41,347 bases of DNA from a virus (IMGVR_UViG_3300025889_000082:1-41347); one strand, 5' to 3'. Shown: positions 19,797 to 28,976, counted from the stretch's first letter. Notes: generated from the sequence alone by a model not told the origin. Numbers and translations: made by a program.

Positions 19797-20156
19797 ATGG
19801 AAATTGTTTATCAATGGGTGATATCCCAAATGCAAGAAGTGCCTCAAGAAGGTTCTTTAACAGATATAGTAATGTTTATTCACTGGAGAAGAAATGCATT
19901 TACAACAGTAGATGGCAAAGAGTATGTAGCAGATACATATGGAGCATATGCATGTCCTGCTCCAAGTGGAACAGACTTCACTCCTTATAGTGAACTTACT
20001 GAGGATCAAGTAATTAGCTGGTTAGATGCTGGCTTAGATGTAGAAGCTATTAATAGGAACTTAGCAGCTCAGTTAGATCAACAAATCAATCCTCCTCTTA
20101 TAGTCCTACCTCTACCTTGGGAAACTACCACCACTACAACTACAACTACAATATAA
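19797..20156 (+). CDS. Conserved phage protein (fibre-accessory type) with C-terminal poly-Thr tail
   Basis: IHWRRNA...FTPYSELTEDQVISWL...LPLPW core; ends ETTTTTTTTI. Confidence 0.65.
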   Translation: MEIVYQWVISQMQEVPQEGSLTDIVMFIHWRRNAFTTVDGKEYVADTYGAYACPAPSGTDFTPYSELTEDQVISWLDAGLDVEAINRNLAAQLDQQINPPLIVLPLPWETTTTTTTTTI

Positions 20157-20188
20157 TTTGGTATATTAAAACATTGTTCTTAACTTTG
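20157..20188 (+). promoter_or_regulatory. Bacteroidota primary-sigma promoter TTTG-N20-TAACTTTG
   Basis: Exact match to the -33/-7 consensus in the intergenic gap upstream of 20207. Confidence 0.75.
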
Positions 20189-20206
20189 TTTATAAAACTA
20201 TAATAT

Positions 20207-20554
20207 ATGAAAGCTTTAGAGTTAAAGTTTGGTAAGGAGAAAATTCAAGGAAGAGAGACATTCTTTTCTACAGCTGACTTATTAAAAGCAGCTATTAATA
20301 ATGTACCTAGAGAAGGAGGTATGGATGTTAAAGAGATGTCTACAAGACTTCGCTTATTAAAGATTGTAGATGCTCACAAAGAGTTTAATATTGAAGAGAA
20401 AGACTTTACAGATTCTTACTTAGCTATCAGAAAGACTGTAGAGTTTGAAGATGCTGACTTTGTAAAGTTGAAAGATTTATTCAATGCTGTGAAGTGGGGT
20501 GTTGTTTCTGAATTCATTATTGAGTTAGGTGAAACATTAGAAAAAACTAAATAA
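20207..20554 (+). CDS. Hypothetical protein (possible assembly chaperone)
   Basis: 115-aa ORF with its own promoter and an A-rich start; converges on and overlaps the glycosylation operon by 8 bp. Confidence 0.7.
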   Translation: MKALELKFGKEKIQGRETFFSTADLLKAAINNVPREGGMDVKEMSTRLRLLKIVDAHKEFNIEEKDFTDSYLAIRKTVEFEDADFVKLKDLFNAVKWGVVSEFIIELGETLEKTK

Positions 20555-21614
20555 GTTTTTTCACTTCTTCCAATACATCATTCATAGAAATAGCCTTATG
20601 ACATTCAAAATGTCTAGGGCTATTTTCATTTTCAGGACACCAGTTCCAGTCTCCCTTATTAAACTTAAACAATGGATTGTTCCAACATCCATGGCACACA
20701 TTCTTATTAGTGATTCTTATACAACTAAACTCATGGTCTTCTTCTGTGAAGTTAGATATCATCACTGTCTCTTTACCAACAGCCCAGTTTAACCAGCTGA
20801 TGCCACTAGATAGTCCTATATATGCCTTTGCATAATATAGATAGTTCATTACATTGTTTAAGGAAGTGTCTGTAAGTTTGATTGCACCTAAGTCATCAGC
20901 TTCTTGAGACATCTCAATCACTTTATATCCCATTGATTGTAGCTCACTGATAAGCTCTTTCCAATAATACCAATGTTTACATTGTGCTGTAGATCTTGTA
21001 GATATGCAAATATATCTATCTTCTATAGGACGTGTTGGTGTAAAAGCTATCCTAGGTTGTATTTCTCTATGCTTTAGATTTAATATATTAGAAGCTGCTT
21101 GTTGTAATGGTATAGTGGCAGGATGTATAGGTTCTTTATTACTATCCCAGAACCATCCTATTTCAAACATTGCTATGAGGTTATCTACTCTCACCCCTCT
21201 ACCTACAAACTTAAGCTCAGGATATACAGACTCAAACAGTTCATTCTTGAATGTAGATACTATGACATCACATTGGTATACATTCTTAAACTCTAAACAG
21301 TATGGTATCCAAGCAATGCTGTCTCCCAATGAACTAGATTCAAAAGATATAAACACACGCTTACCTTTTATTTCATCTAACAGATTGATTTGCTTAATGG
21401 TGCGTCCTTGATACTTAATGAATATAGCTATGTCTGATAGATATTTTCTGCTAAGCTTAGCCCAACTTCCTGGTCTCATCTTCACTTCATATATAATCTC
21501 ACTCTTTGATGTAGTTGTATCTACAAACACTACATCATACTCTCTGTTCTTGCCCTCATCTCCTAGTAACTCAAAGTGCAAACCATGGACATGTGTTAAA
21601 TTATAAGTTACCAT
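20547..21614 (-). CDS. AAH/TibC (BAHT)-like protein O-glycosyltransferase (autotransporter heptosyltransferase family, GT-B fold)
   Basis: GSWAKLSRKY...KRVFISFESSSLGDSIAWIPY, STAQCKHW, GLSSGISWLNWAVGKETVMISNFT and Cys cluster VCHGCWN...WCP...FEC all parallel recalled AAH/TibC motifs. Confidence 0.8.
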   Translation of the reverse strand: MVTYNLTHVHGLHFELLGDEGKNREYDVVFVDTTTSKSEIIYEVKMRPGSWAKLSRKYLSDIAIFIKYQGRTIKQINLLDEIKGKRVFISFESSSLGDSIAWIPYCLEFKNVYQCDVIVSTFKNELFESVYPELKFVGRGVRVDNLIAMFEIGWFWDSNKEPIHPATIPLQQAASNILNLKHREIQPRIAFTPTRPIEDRYICISTRSTAQCKHWYYWKELISELQSMGYKVIEMSQEADDLGAIKLTDTSLNNVMNYLYYAKAYIGLSSGISWLNWAVGKETVMISNFTEEDHEFSCIRITNKNVCHGCWNNPLFKFNKGDWNWCPENENSPRHFECHKAISMNDVLEEVKKLI

Positions 21615-22623
21615 ATGCTTCTATGTATAATTGTTTTGTTATTTCAGATGTGTATTCTTTACCTATTATACGAACGTTGTCGTAATATTTCTTTAATATC
21701 TTACACACTTCCAACCAGCTTCTACTTTTACGTGCATTTAGCATTTCTTTTCTTCTGTGGTCATAGGTTTTAATTGTTTCTTCTATACCTGTAATAACAG
21801 CAGCTGTACTAATTTCAGGTATCACCCACATACCATCCATATGTCTACTTCCTTTGTAAGTTCCCACAATGGGAATAGCACATGCTGTGGCTTCCATAAG
21901 TGTTAGGTTAGGATGGCCTGCTTCTAGCATAGATGGATGTAAGAATATATCATGTGTTTGATATAGCTCTCTCATCTCTTCATCTGTAGGATTTGTTAAC
22001 TTTAAAGTTAACTTTGGATAGTCTAATAAGTCTTTATGAATTTCAAAGAACTTTTGGTTATCAGGATGACCAGCTATAGTGATAGGAAGATTCAACTGCT
22101 TAGCTGCTTCTATACCATATCTAAATCCTTTTCTATCAAACCCACTGTCTCCACCTAGTCCATTGTTAGCTATCATCAATAGTGCATATTCAAATGTAGT
22201 TGTGAAAGCATAGTTTGGTGTAAAGAAATCTGTATCTGCACCATGTGGTAGGTAGAACAACTTATCCACTGTATCAAAGTAGTCTATTAAATACTCAGCA
22301 TGTGTAAAGGATATAATACTTCCTTTCATAGCTTCTACATTCTGATTGTACACCCAGCTATCTTTACCATACCATTCTGTGTGGTGGTCATGTAGTGAAT
22401 AGATATAAGGGATGCCTCTATCTTTACAGTCTAGAGCTAAGTTAGCAAGATGTACATGTACTATCTGGTCAGGCTTTTTCTCCACCTGATTGATATATTG
22501 TATATCAACAGTTTCTCCTAGTTGTTCTAGTCCTTGTTTATATGCCCATATAAGTCTTTCTACAGCACCCCAACCATTTGGTGGGATGGTAATTAATCCT
22601 GTGGCTACTTGTACTATCCCCAT
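21601..22623 (-). CDS. Glycosyltransferase, GT4-like (GT-B)
   Basis: IPPNGWGAVE, RKGFRYGIEA, DIFLHPSMLEAGHPNLTLMEA (ExnE motif). Confidence 0.85.
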   Translation of the reverse strand: MGIVQVATGLITIPPNGWGAVERLIWAYKQGLEQLGETVDIQYINQVEKKPDQIVHVHLANLALDCKDRGIPYIYSLHDHHTEWYGKDSWVYNQNVEAMKGSIISFTHAEYLIDYFDTVDKLFYLPHGADTDFFTPNYAFTTTFEYALLMIANNGLGGDSGFDRKGFRYGIEAAKQLNLPITIAGHPDNQKFFEIHKDLLDYPKLTLKLTNPTDEEMRELYQTHDIFLHPSMLEAGHPNLTLMEATACAIPIVGTYKGSRHMDGMWVIPEISTAAVITGIEETIKTYDHRRKEMLNARKSRSWLEVCKILKKYYDNVRIIGKEYTSEITKQLYIEAYGNL

Positions 22624-23306
22624 TTTCTTTCAAATTTAATTTTGTCTTCCTCCATTTTCTTAATGCTTTCAGGAGTGAGCTTGGTTATATTTACGCTCCT
22701 TAAATGACAAACAATAGAATCTTTTACCAAGGCATGTTTAATACCATGTTTCATCAACATTCTTGCATAGTCATTGTCTTGGTAATACATATCAAACTGC
22801 TCATCAAAAGGACTAATCTTATCTAGTGCTTCCTTTTTAATAACTAAACACCAACCCATCACTGCTTCATGTACAGTGTAGTCTTCAAAGTACTTAGATG
22901 GACTATCTATAAAATGCCAATCAAAAAACCTTATATATAATGCAGGATCTTTTGGAGAGAAAGAATGTATGTCTGGTCTTTCTTTACTAATAGCCATTAT
23001 TTCAGATAGCCAGTTCTTCTCATAACCTACATCATTGTTAGATATGATAACCCATTCTGATGTTACATAGTTCATAGCAATGTTAATAAACTTGTTATAG
23101 TTAAATGGTTCATTAGGCTTAATGTAATTGGCTACTATTTGTGTTTCAAGATAGTCTTTTGTATAGTCATCTCCTGACTCCACTAAGTGTATCTTGAACT
23201 TATATCCTATTTCACTATCACGTAGGGTGTATATAGTTCTTAAAGTCATTCTAAGATTCTTTTCAGTCTTAGTATTTGTAAGTATGATTACGTCTATTGT
23301 TTGCAT
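22614..23306 (-). CDS. Glycosyltransferase, GT2-like (GT-A)
   Basis: IDVIILT...FNYNKFIN...IISNNDV...FDEQFDMYYQDNDY...HL. Confidence 0.82.
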   Translation of the reverse strand: MQTIDVIILTNTKTEKNLRMTLRTIYTLRDSEIGYKFKIHLVESGDDYTKDYLETQIVANYIKPNEPFNYNKFINIAMNYVTSEWVIISNNDVGYEKNWLSEIMAISKERPDIHSFSPKDPALYIRFFDWHFIDSPSKYFEDYTVHEAVMGWCLVIKKEALDKISPFDEQFDMYYQDNDYARMLMKHGIKHALVKDSIVCHLRSVNITKLTPESIKKMEEDKIKFERKWG

Positions 23307-23308
23307 GT

Positions 23309-23860
23309 TTATTTTTTTAATAGTCCCCAGAAGTATAAATCACAGCTATTCTCATCTACATAGAAATGATGTGCAGCAAAATACTTATCTAAATCTATAG
23401 CTGCTCTTACATCTAATTCTGTAACATTCATATAATACCCAGCCCAATCTTCTTCTTGTATTGTGAATGGACTATCTTGTGGATCAAATATACTAGTTCC
23501 ATGTGTAGGTCTTCCTGTCGTAGCACATGTAAATAAAAACAATCCTCCTGGACGTAATAGATTATCTATAACATTCTGGATAGTTTCCTTCCAATACATA
23601 TCATGTTCAAACACTTCTGTGCTTATAACAGTGTCATACTTTTTACCATCTATAGGTCTGTATTCATGTCCTTTACTTACAACATTTACATTTCTACCCT
23701 TACCAATATCTATACCAATATAGGAATAGTCTTCAAATAGATAGTGATTGTTACCATTTAAGTCTAGTGAACCAATGTCACAGACATTTACATTATTGAA
23801 ATACTCAGGAAAGATTTGTTTTACAAAGTTGCAAAATGCTTGCTCTGCTGGATGTGCCAT
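23309..23860 (-). CDS. Class I SAM-dependent methyltransferase (possible sugar O-methyltransferase)
   Basis: VCDIGSLDLNG motif I, YIGIDIG, YDTVISTEVFEHD, LLRPGGLFLFT. Confidence 0.85.
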   Translation of the reverse strand: MAHPAEQAFCNFVKQIFPEYFNNVNVCDIGSLDLNGNNHYLFEDYSYIGIDIGKGRNVNVVSKGHEYRPIDGKKYDTVISTEVFEHDMYWKETIQNVIDNLLRPGGLFLFTCATTGRPTHGTSIFDPQDSPFTIQEEDWAGYYMNVTELDVRAAIDLDKYFAAHHFYVDENSCDLYFWGLLKK

Positions 23861-23861
23861 A

Positions 23862-24848
23862 TTAGTTTAATTTAATTGTTCCCTTTTCTTTAAACAGGGA
23901 TAAGTTTTGGTTGGTTAATGTAAATTTCTTAGACAAAAATAAGTATTTTTTATCAATGTCATACACTTCTACACGTATTTCTTCTCCATCTAATTTGTAT
24001 GTATTGAACCAGTAGTGTCCTTTACCTAATATCTGTGTTTGTGTTAGTTCATTATTCTTGTAAATGTCAACATGTTTCCACTCTTCTAGTATAAGTGTAT
24101 TCATTATAAATAGAACAGGCTCTTCTGGAACCACCTCATTATACAATAGCTCACAGTTAAAGAGTCCATATCTAAGCACATTCACATCACTGTCTGTGAA
24201 GATGTTAGAGCTATGGTCATGTACTAGTAAGAACTGGTCTTCATGTTTACTAAACTGTTCGTAGAAAGATAGTTCTAATGTATAGCCCATAGGAATTCTT
24301 AACCACTCGTGTACATCTAATGGAGGTTGGAATGTATATAGGAAGTAGTCTAGATTACCACCAAACAATAAGGTTTCATATACATAAGAACCTTCACAGT
24401 CCCTATACTCCTCAGGTCTAAAGAATAACATCTTCTTACCCAAGCCACCCATTTCATCCATCAGTCCAACTAGTTTTGCTGCATCAGGTTGAGATAGAAG
24501 AACATCACACTCTGTAAATACAAACTCATCATAGCCCATTGCTTTTGCTAGGTTCATTCCAGCTCTCATGTTTCTGCATATAGGTAGTGTGTGTCCTGCA
24601 TTAAATATATTTATAATATATTCATCTGTTTGAAACCACCAGTTGGGAGTGTATGTAGGGGGGAGGAAGGTGTTGTTGCTATCATAGATGGTATATTGCA
24701 CCTTTTCAGCAGTGGCTTTATCAATTGGCAAATGAGCTACAATCATAATATCCCACCCTGTATGTTTGAATCCATCTATACATCTGTTAAGAATATCTAT
24801 CTCTCTTTGACCAGATGGATAACAATCTATAATAGCTATTCTTTTCAT
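23862..24848 (-). CDS. Putative glycosyltransferase-like protein of unassigned family
   Basis: Lies within the GT operon; contains TECDV (DxD-like); N-terminus is paralogous to the middle domain of the neighbouring 883-aa protein. Confidence 0.55.
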   Translation of the reverse strand: MKRIAIIDCYPSGQREIDILNRCIDGFKHTGWDIMIVAHLPIDKATAEKVQYTIYDSNNTFLPPTYTPNWWFQTDEYIINIFNAGHTLPICRNMRAGMNLAKAMGYDEFVFTECDVLLSQPDAAKLVGLMDEMGGLGKKMLFFRPEEYRDCEGSYVYETLLFGGNLDYFLYTFQPPLDVHEWLRIPMGYTLELSFYEQFSKHEDQFLLVHDHSSNIFTDSDVNVLRYGLFNCELLYNEVVPEEPVLFIMNTLILEEWKHVDIYKNNELTQTQILGKGHYWFNTYKLDGEEIRVEVYDIDKKYLFLSKKFTLTNQNLSLFKEKGTIKLN

Positions 24849-27496
24849 TTCTTTCTAAATGATTTTTCCATGTTGTCTATTAAGGAGAATCCATCTGCTT
24901 GGGTAGTAAGTCTTTCGTACACAATACCCATCTTTTGGTTGTTAAATATAATGTTGAAATACATATCTGCAGCATCCCAAGGTTCTTTACGTAATGTTTC
25001 TTTCAACCATGGAGCTATATGTATAGGGAACATAATTGATTGTAAACCAATGATATGATCTGTTTCATACATTACATCATTAATCTTTCTCACCTCAGGG
25101 CTTTGTGGCCAGCCATGTTCTAATGTATCTTTATCTCCAAAGGACATGAATTCAATATTGTTAATAATCATTTCATGTGCACAGCTTTCCACAGTGGATA
25201 TGAAGTGTTCAATTGGTGCTTCAATAATACAATCACCTTCACACACCATCAAGAAATCACAGTCATGGAATTCACTTAGGATGGCATCTCTGAATGCTTG
25301 GTAGCATCCATAATGTGCTGGGGTAAGTGCAGTGCCATACTGTTGAACTTGCTGTTCATTGAAGAGTTCCATTGAAACACAAAAGGGCCTGATGCAGTTG
25401 TGCTCAGGTGGTAATGATCTGTAGGGATAGTTAAGATGTAATTTGTATTCCCATCCATGGTCTCTAACTCTTTCAAGGGATGCTCTGCTAGCTTGTTCTC
25501 TTTCATCGTTTAATGTAGTTTGTATATGAACTAATTTAATTCTAGGTCTTTCTTTCTTCTTAAATTCAAACCTACCTGTGCTTTGATACTTATCTAAATT
25601 GTCCTTATGTAGGGTGTGTTTTTCTATCTTGTAGCAATGGTCTCCATCATAGAAGTCTAGTTGTATATCAATAGGCTCTCCCTTAAATACAAAAGGATAC
25701 ATCCATTCTCTAGTCTTAGCCACCTGTATTCTCTTATCTATATCACCAATAGTAACATATATAGTTCTATGGTCTACATTATATGTAAAGAAATAGAACA
25801 TATAATTGTTTGGTTTTCCAACAATTGGTATAATAGAATAATATTCACTGTTAGAAGATGTGCCTAAGCCACTATGAACCAATAAGGTTTCTTGTTCATT
25901 GGTGATTATTTCTGTATTATCATCAGTGATTCTCTTTGATAGATAGTCTTCTAGGAAGTTATGAGCTCCTATCCACTCACAGATTCTGTTGTATTCTTGT
26001 GGATCTGTAGCGTCATCAAATGTCTTCAAGAAATAATCTACATCATACATCATTCCATTGGTCTGAATTCCCTTACCCATAGGTGTAGGGAGGGTAGCTA
26101 CATATGCGTTCTTACCAGAGGATAATGCTTTTTCAATAACATCTAAATCTTTACTATCTACCACCACATCATATGTATTGTAGAACACTCTCTTATATCC
26201 ATTCTGTTTAGCAGCTTTCATTCCATTGAATATATTAACTAACACTGTAAGGGACTGGTTGGTATCCTTCAATCCATTGATATTAATCTCAGCATAGTAG
26301 TTAGGAGTATCATTATAAAACCTAGTGTAATAGCTATGATGAGTGAGTGGGTTGTTCTTGTCATATACATAATAGTCTACCATGCGTTGTGTCTCATCGT
26401 CTACAGGATAGTGACTTACTAACATAATCTTTCTACCTAAGGGCTTCATAGATTGTATTGTACGTTTTGTAAGACTAACTCTTTCCTTCAGATTGGGATA
26501 GGTACCTATGATGATAAGTTCCTCATCTAATCTGTTGAGATTTAGACGTATCATAATATTAACTAAATCAAAAGAAACATCTCCTGTTAGATACATAACA
26601 TCTTCCTGTCCATTATACTTATTACAATACACATCTAGATTATACATCATCTTAATTAAGTCAGGATACTCCATGGCTTCTTTGATGGCTATAGGGTTTA
26701 GTTCCTTATTGCCTCTGTCTCCTTTGGATGGGAAGAAGAACACATCACATGCCTGTAAGAATTCAGATACATCATTACGTTCTCCCCAGACAACACAATT
26801 ATCTGGTTTGTTATTCATCAATGGTTCCCAATAGTCTTTAAAGTTGTCTGCTTGGTTACCTAGGAAATGAAACTTCACCTTATACTTCTCCAAGTGCTTA
26901 GCTATTTCAAAAGCATAGGCTTGGTTCTTTCTTGGAGTGAACAATCCCACTATAGCAAAGTGTTTATATGCAGGATCTAAGCCTAGTTTATTCTGCATCT
27001 CTATTTTGTTACGCTCTTTCTTATCTATAGGGTATTCAATAATCTCTGTTGGAACAGGTAAGTTTACATATTTAAAAGCATTGTATGCACTAACAAATAT
27101 AAATTTATCAGGTAGATAGTATTTATGTTTAGGATTGAAAGAACTATCATGTGTAGTTTCTACTATCTTCCAAGGTTTTTTTAAATCATACAAGTAGTCT
27201 GCAGATTGTCTATCTAAGAACATCTCTGGAAACTCTTCCATAGCTATTACATCTGGTTGCCAGTTCTCTACCACTCTTGTAAGCTCTTCATACTTGTTCT
27301 CTCCTAGGGATATAAAGTTGTTAACTCCTACTAGTTCTATAATTCTATTTCTTTGCACTACAAAGTTCCATGCTATGAATGCATGTTCTATCACTAATAT
27401 ATCAAACACATCCTTAAGAAGTGCTATCTTATTCACTGTTACCTGAGGGGCTCCTCCTGTTGATAGATGAGGAGTGATTACTAATAGTTTTTTCAT
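24845..27496 (-). CDS. Tri-domain glycosyltransferase: GT4-like + unassigned GT-A-like + GT25-like
   Basis: Likely start MKKLLVITPHLSTGGAPQ at 27496 (ATGA overlap with the upstream gene). FFFPSK..ELNPIAIKEA (GT4); middle domain with YDVVVD; C-terminal HYGCYQAF...VCEGD (GT25-like). Confidence 0.75.
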   Translation of the reverse strand: MKKLLVITPHLSTGGAPQVTVNKIALLKDVFDILVIEHAFIAWNFVVQRNRIIELVGVNNFISLGENKYEELTRVVENWQPDVIAMEEFPEMFLDRQSADYLYDLKKPWKIVETTHDSSFNPKHKYYLPDKFIFVSAYNAFKYVNLPVPTEIIEYPIDKKERNKIEMQNKLGLDPAYKHFAIVGLFTPRKNQAYAFEIAKHLEKYKVKFHFLGNQADNFKDYWEPLMNNKPDNCVVWGERNDVSEFLQACDVFFFPSKGDRGNKELNPIAIKEAMEYPDLIKMMYNLDVYCNKYNGQEDVMYLTGDVSFDLVNIMIRLNLNRLDEELIIIGTYPNLKERVSLTKRTIQSMKPLGRKIMLVSHYPVDDETQRMVDYYVYDKNNPLTHHSYYTRFYNDTPNYYAEININGLKDTNQSLTVLVNIFNGMKAAKQNGYKRVFYNTYDVVVDSKDLDVIEKALSSGKNAYVATLPTPMGKGIQTNGMMYDVDYFLKTFDDATDPQEYNRICEWIGAHNFLEDYLSKRITDDNTEIITNEQETLLVHSGLGTSSNSEYYSIIPIVGKPNNYMFYFFTYNVDHRTIYVTIGDIDKRIQVAKTREWMYPFVFKGEPIDIQLDFYDGDHCYKIEKHTLHKDNLDKYQSTGRFEFKKKERPRIKLVHIQTTLNDEREQASRASLERVRDHGWEYKLHLNYPYRSLPPEHNCIRPFCVSMELFNEQQVQQYGTALTPAHYGCYQAFRDAILSEFHDCDFLMVCEGDCIIEAPIEHFISTVESCAHEMIINNIEFMSFGDKDTLEHGWPQSPEVRKINDVMYETDHIIGLQSIMFPIHIAPWLKETLRKEPWDAADMYFNIIFNNQKMGIVYERLTTQADGFSLIDNMEKSFRKK

Positions 27497-28431
27497 ATAA
27501 GTCTGGATATTATATTTATAACGTGTTCTACAGATGGATGGCATTCAAATGTTTCTTTCTTCTCTAAGCATCCAATTAGAGGTTGTACAGAGTCTATAGT
27601 GTCCCAATACTCAAGAGCATATTTCATGTTAGAGCTGCAATGTAATCCACAGCTTCCTCCAATATATTCATGTCTCCACCCCTGCTCTCCATATCTATAA
27701 GGAGTTCTAAACTCAGGATTGATAGCTGATCCTAATTCAAATATTAATGTTTCAGTGGTGGCTGCTAGATGTAGAATACCAGAGTCCATAGTGACTACAG
27801 CTGTAGAATTGTTAAGGATGTACCAAGTTTCAGATATGGATGTCTGATTCATTAGGTTGATGATGTTGGTGTTTCCTAATTCATGTACAGGTTTGTTTAC
27901 ATTAAAGAAACCTGTCTCAGAACTATCTTTACCTATGGCAACCACTTTGTATCCCAGCTCAATTAACTTTTCAGATAGTTTAAGCCAATTATCTTGAGAC
28001 CAAGTTCTATTAGGCCAGCTGTTAACAGGATGTATCACTACATATTTACCTGATATATTGTTAACCATTTGTTCTGTTGGTCTATAGAAACAATCCATCT
28101 CATCTCTTCTAAGCATAAATCCTAAATGAATTGCATGGAACTGCCTGATATCCATCATGTTATGCTTCATTTCTACACCTCTCTCATCCTTCTTACCTAC
28201 CAAATAGAATGAATTATGAACAATGTAATTACTTTGTATATACTCCATGTCTATAGAGCTGTTCTTATAGCTCTTCTCTACATAAGGATTCATCTTAAAT
28301 AACTCAGGCATCTGAGACAGTATAGTTATCTTTCTACCATAGCTTTCAGATAGTTTTTTGATGGTGGGAGTAGCACAAATAAGGTCCCCAAGACCATTAC
28401 ATTCTGATAAGTTTAAACAAACTGGTTTCAT
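27493..28431 (-). CDS. GT9-like glycosyltransferase (ADP-heptose:LPS heptosyltransferase superfamily) with C-terminal Cys cluster
   Basis: GLGDLICATPTIKKL, VIHP..SWPNRTW, DSGILHLAA, CGLHC...CLE...FECHP. Confidence 0.8.
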   Translation of the reverse strand: MKPVCLNLSECNGLGDLICATPTIKKLSESYGRKITILSQMPELFKMNPYVEKSYKNSSIDMEYIQSNYIVHNSFYLVGKKDERGVEMKHNMMDIRQFHAIHLGFMLRRDEMDCFYRPTEQMVNNISGKYVVIHPVNSWPNRTWSQDNWLKLSEKLIELGYKVVAIGKDSSETGFFNVNKPVHELGNTNIINLMNQTSISETWYILNNSTAVVTMDSGILHLAATTETLIFELGSAINPEFRTPYRYGEQGWRHEYIGGSCGLHCSSNMKYALEYWDTIDSVQPLIGCLEKKETFECHPSVEHVINIISRLI

Positions 28432-28432
28432 T

Positions 28433-28479
28433 GTTGTTTATTTTCAACAAAGTTACTATATTTGTGGGGAATATTCAAC
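28433..28479. promoter_or_regulatory. Overlapping divergent promoter pair
   Basis: Plus strand GTTG(28433-36)-N20-TATATTTG(28457-64); minus strand GTTG(28479-76)-N20-TAACTTTG(28455-48). Confidence 0.65.
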
Positions 28480-28488
28480 AAATTTTTT

Positions 28489-28857
28489 ATGCAAATAGAA
28501 GTAAGTATTGGAGAAATAGTGGACAAATGGACCATTCTTTCTATCAAAGCCCTAAATATTACAGACAAAGATAAGTTAGTCAATGTATTTAAAGAACGTA
28601 ACTATCTAAATACCATCATAGATCCTGAGGTTTTACATGATTCTTTAACAGATAGTTTGCTCACAGTAAACAAAAGACTCTGGGATGTAGAGGATAGACT
28701 CAGAGATTGTGAAAGAAGCAAGGTGTTTGATGACCACTTTGTACAACTAGCCAGATCTGTTTATATGTTGAATGACAAGCGAGCACATATTAAAAAAGAA
28801 ATTAATATTAAGTGGGGATCTGACTTTATAGAGGAGAAATCCTACCAGCCATACTAG
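28489..28857 (+). CDS. DUF6165-like helical protein
   Basis: Likely start MQIEVSIGEIVDK at 28489. The pattern VSIGEIVDK.TIL.IK...VN..LW.VED.LR...FVQLARSVY..ND.RA.IKKEIN...EEKSY is recalled as DUF6165. Confidence 0.7.
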   Translation: MQIEVSIGEIVDKWTILSIKALNITDKDKLVNVFKERNYLNTIIDPEVLHDSLTDSLLTVNKRLWDVEDRLRDCERSKVFDDHFVQLARSVYMLNDKRAHIKKEINIKWGSDFIEEKSYQPY

Positions 28858-28867
28858 CAAAAAAAGA

Positions 28868-28899
28868 TTTGGTAGTTTCATTTTTTTACCTTACTTTTG
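28868..28899 (+). promoter_or_regulatory. Bacteroidota primary-sigma promoter TTTG-N20-TACTTTTG upstream of the lysis cassette
   Basis: Exact consensus spacing in an intergenic region. Confidence 0.75.
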
Positions 28900-28946
28900 C
28901 GAGGAATTCTATAGTTTAACCTAAATAGGTCTTCCTGACCACATTG

Positions 28947-28976
28947 TACACCCATGTTCTGGGTGTATTTTATTTT
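28947..28976 (+). terminator. Intrinsic terminator-like hairpin
   Basis: TACACCCA-tgttc-TGGGTGTA (8-bp stem) followed by TTTTATTTT. Confidence 0.6.

Noticed and set aside
27497-27544. N-terminal extension of the 899-aa ORF (MPSICRTRY...)
   Set aside because: It overlaps the upstream gene; the ATGA-coupled start at 27496 gives a typical GT-B first strand.
20547-28431. Glycosylation block as a chimeric bacterial LPS/capsule locus
   Set aside because: It overlaps a phage gene at one end and shares a divergent promoter at the other; composition looks similar; no transport or polymerase genes.
28462-28488. TTG start for the DUF6165-like ORF
   Set aside because: It falls within the -7 promoter element; the ATG at 28489 begins the conserved sequence.
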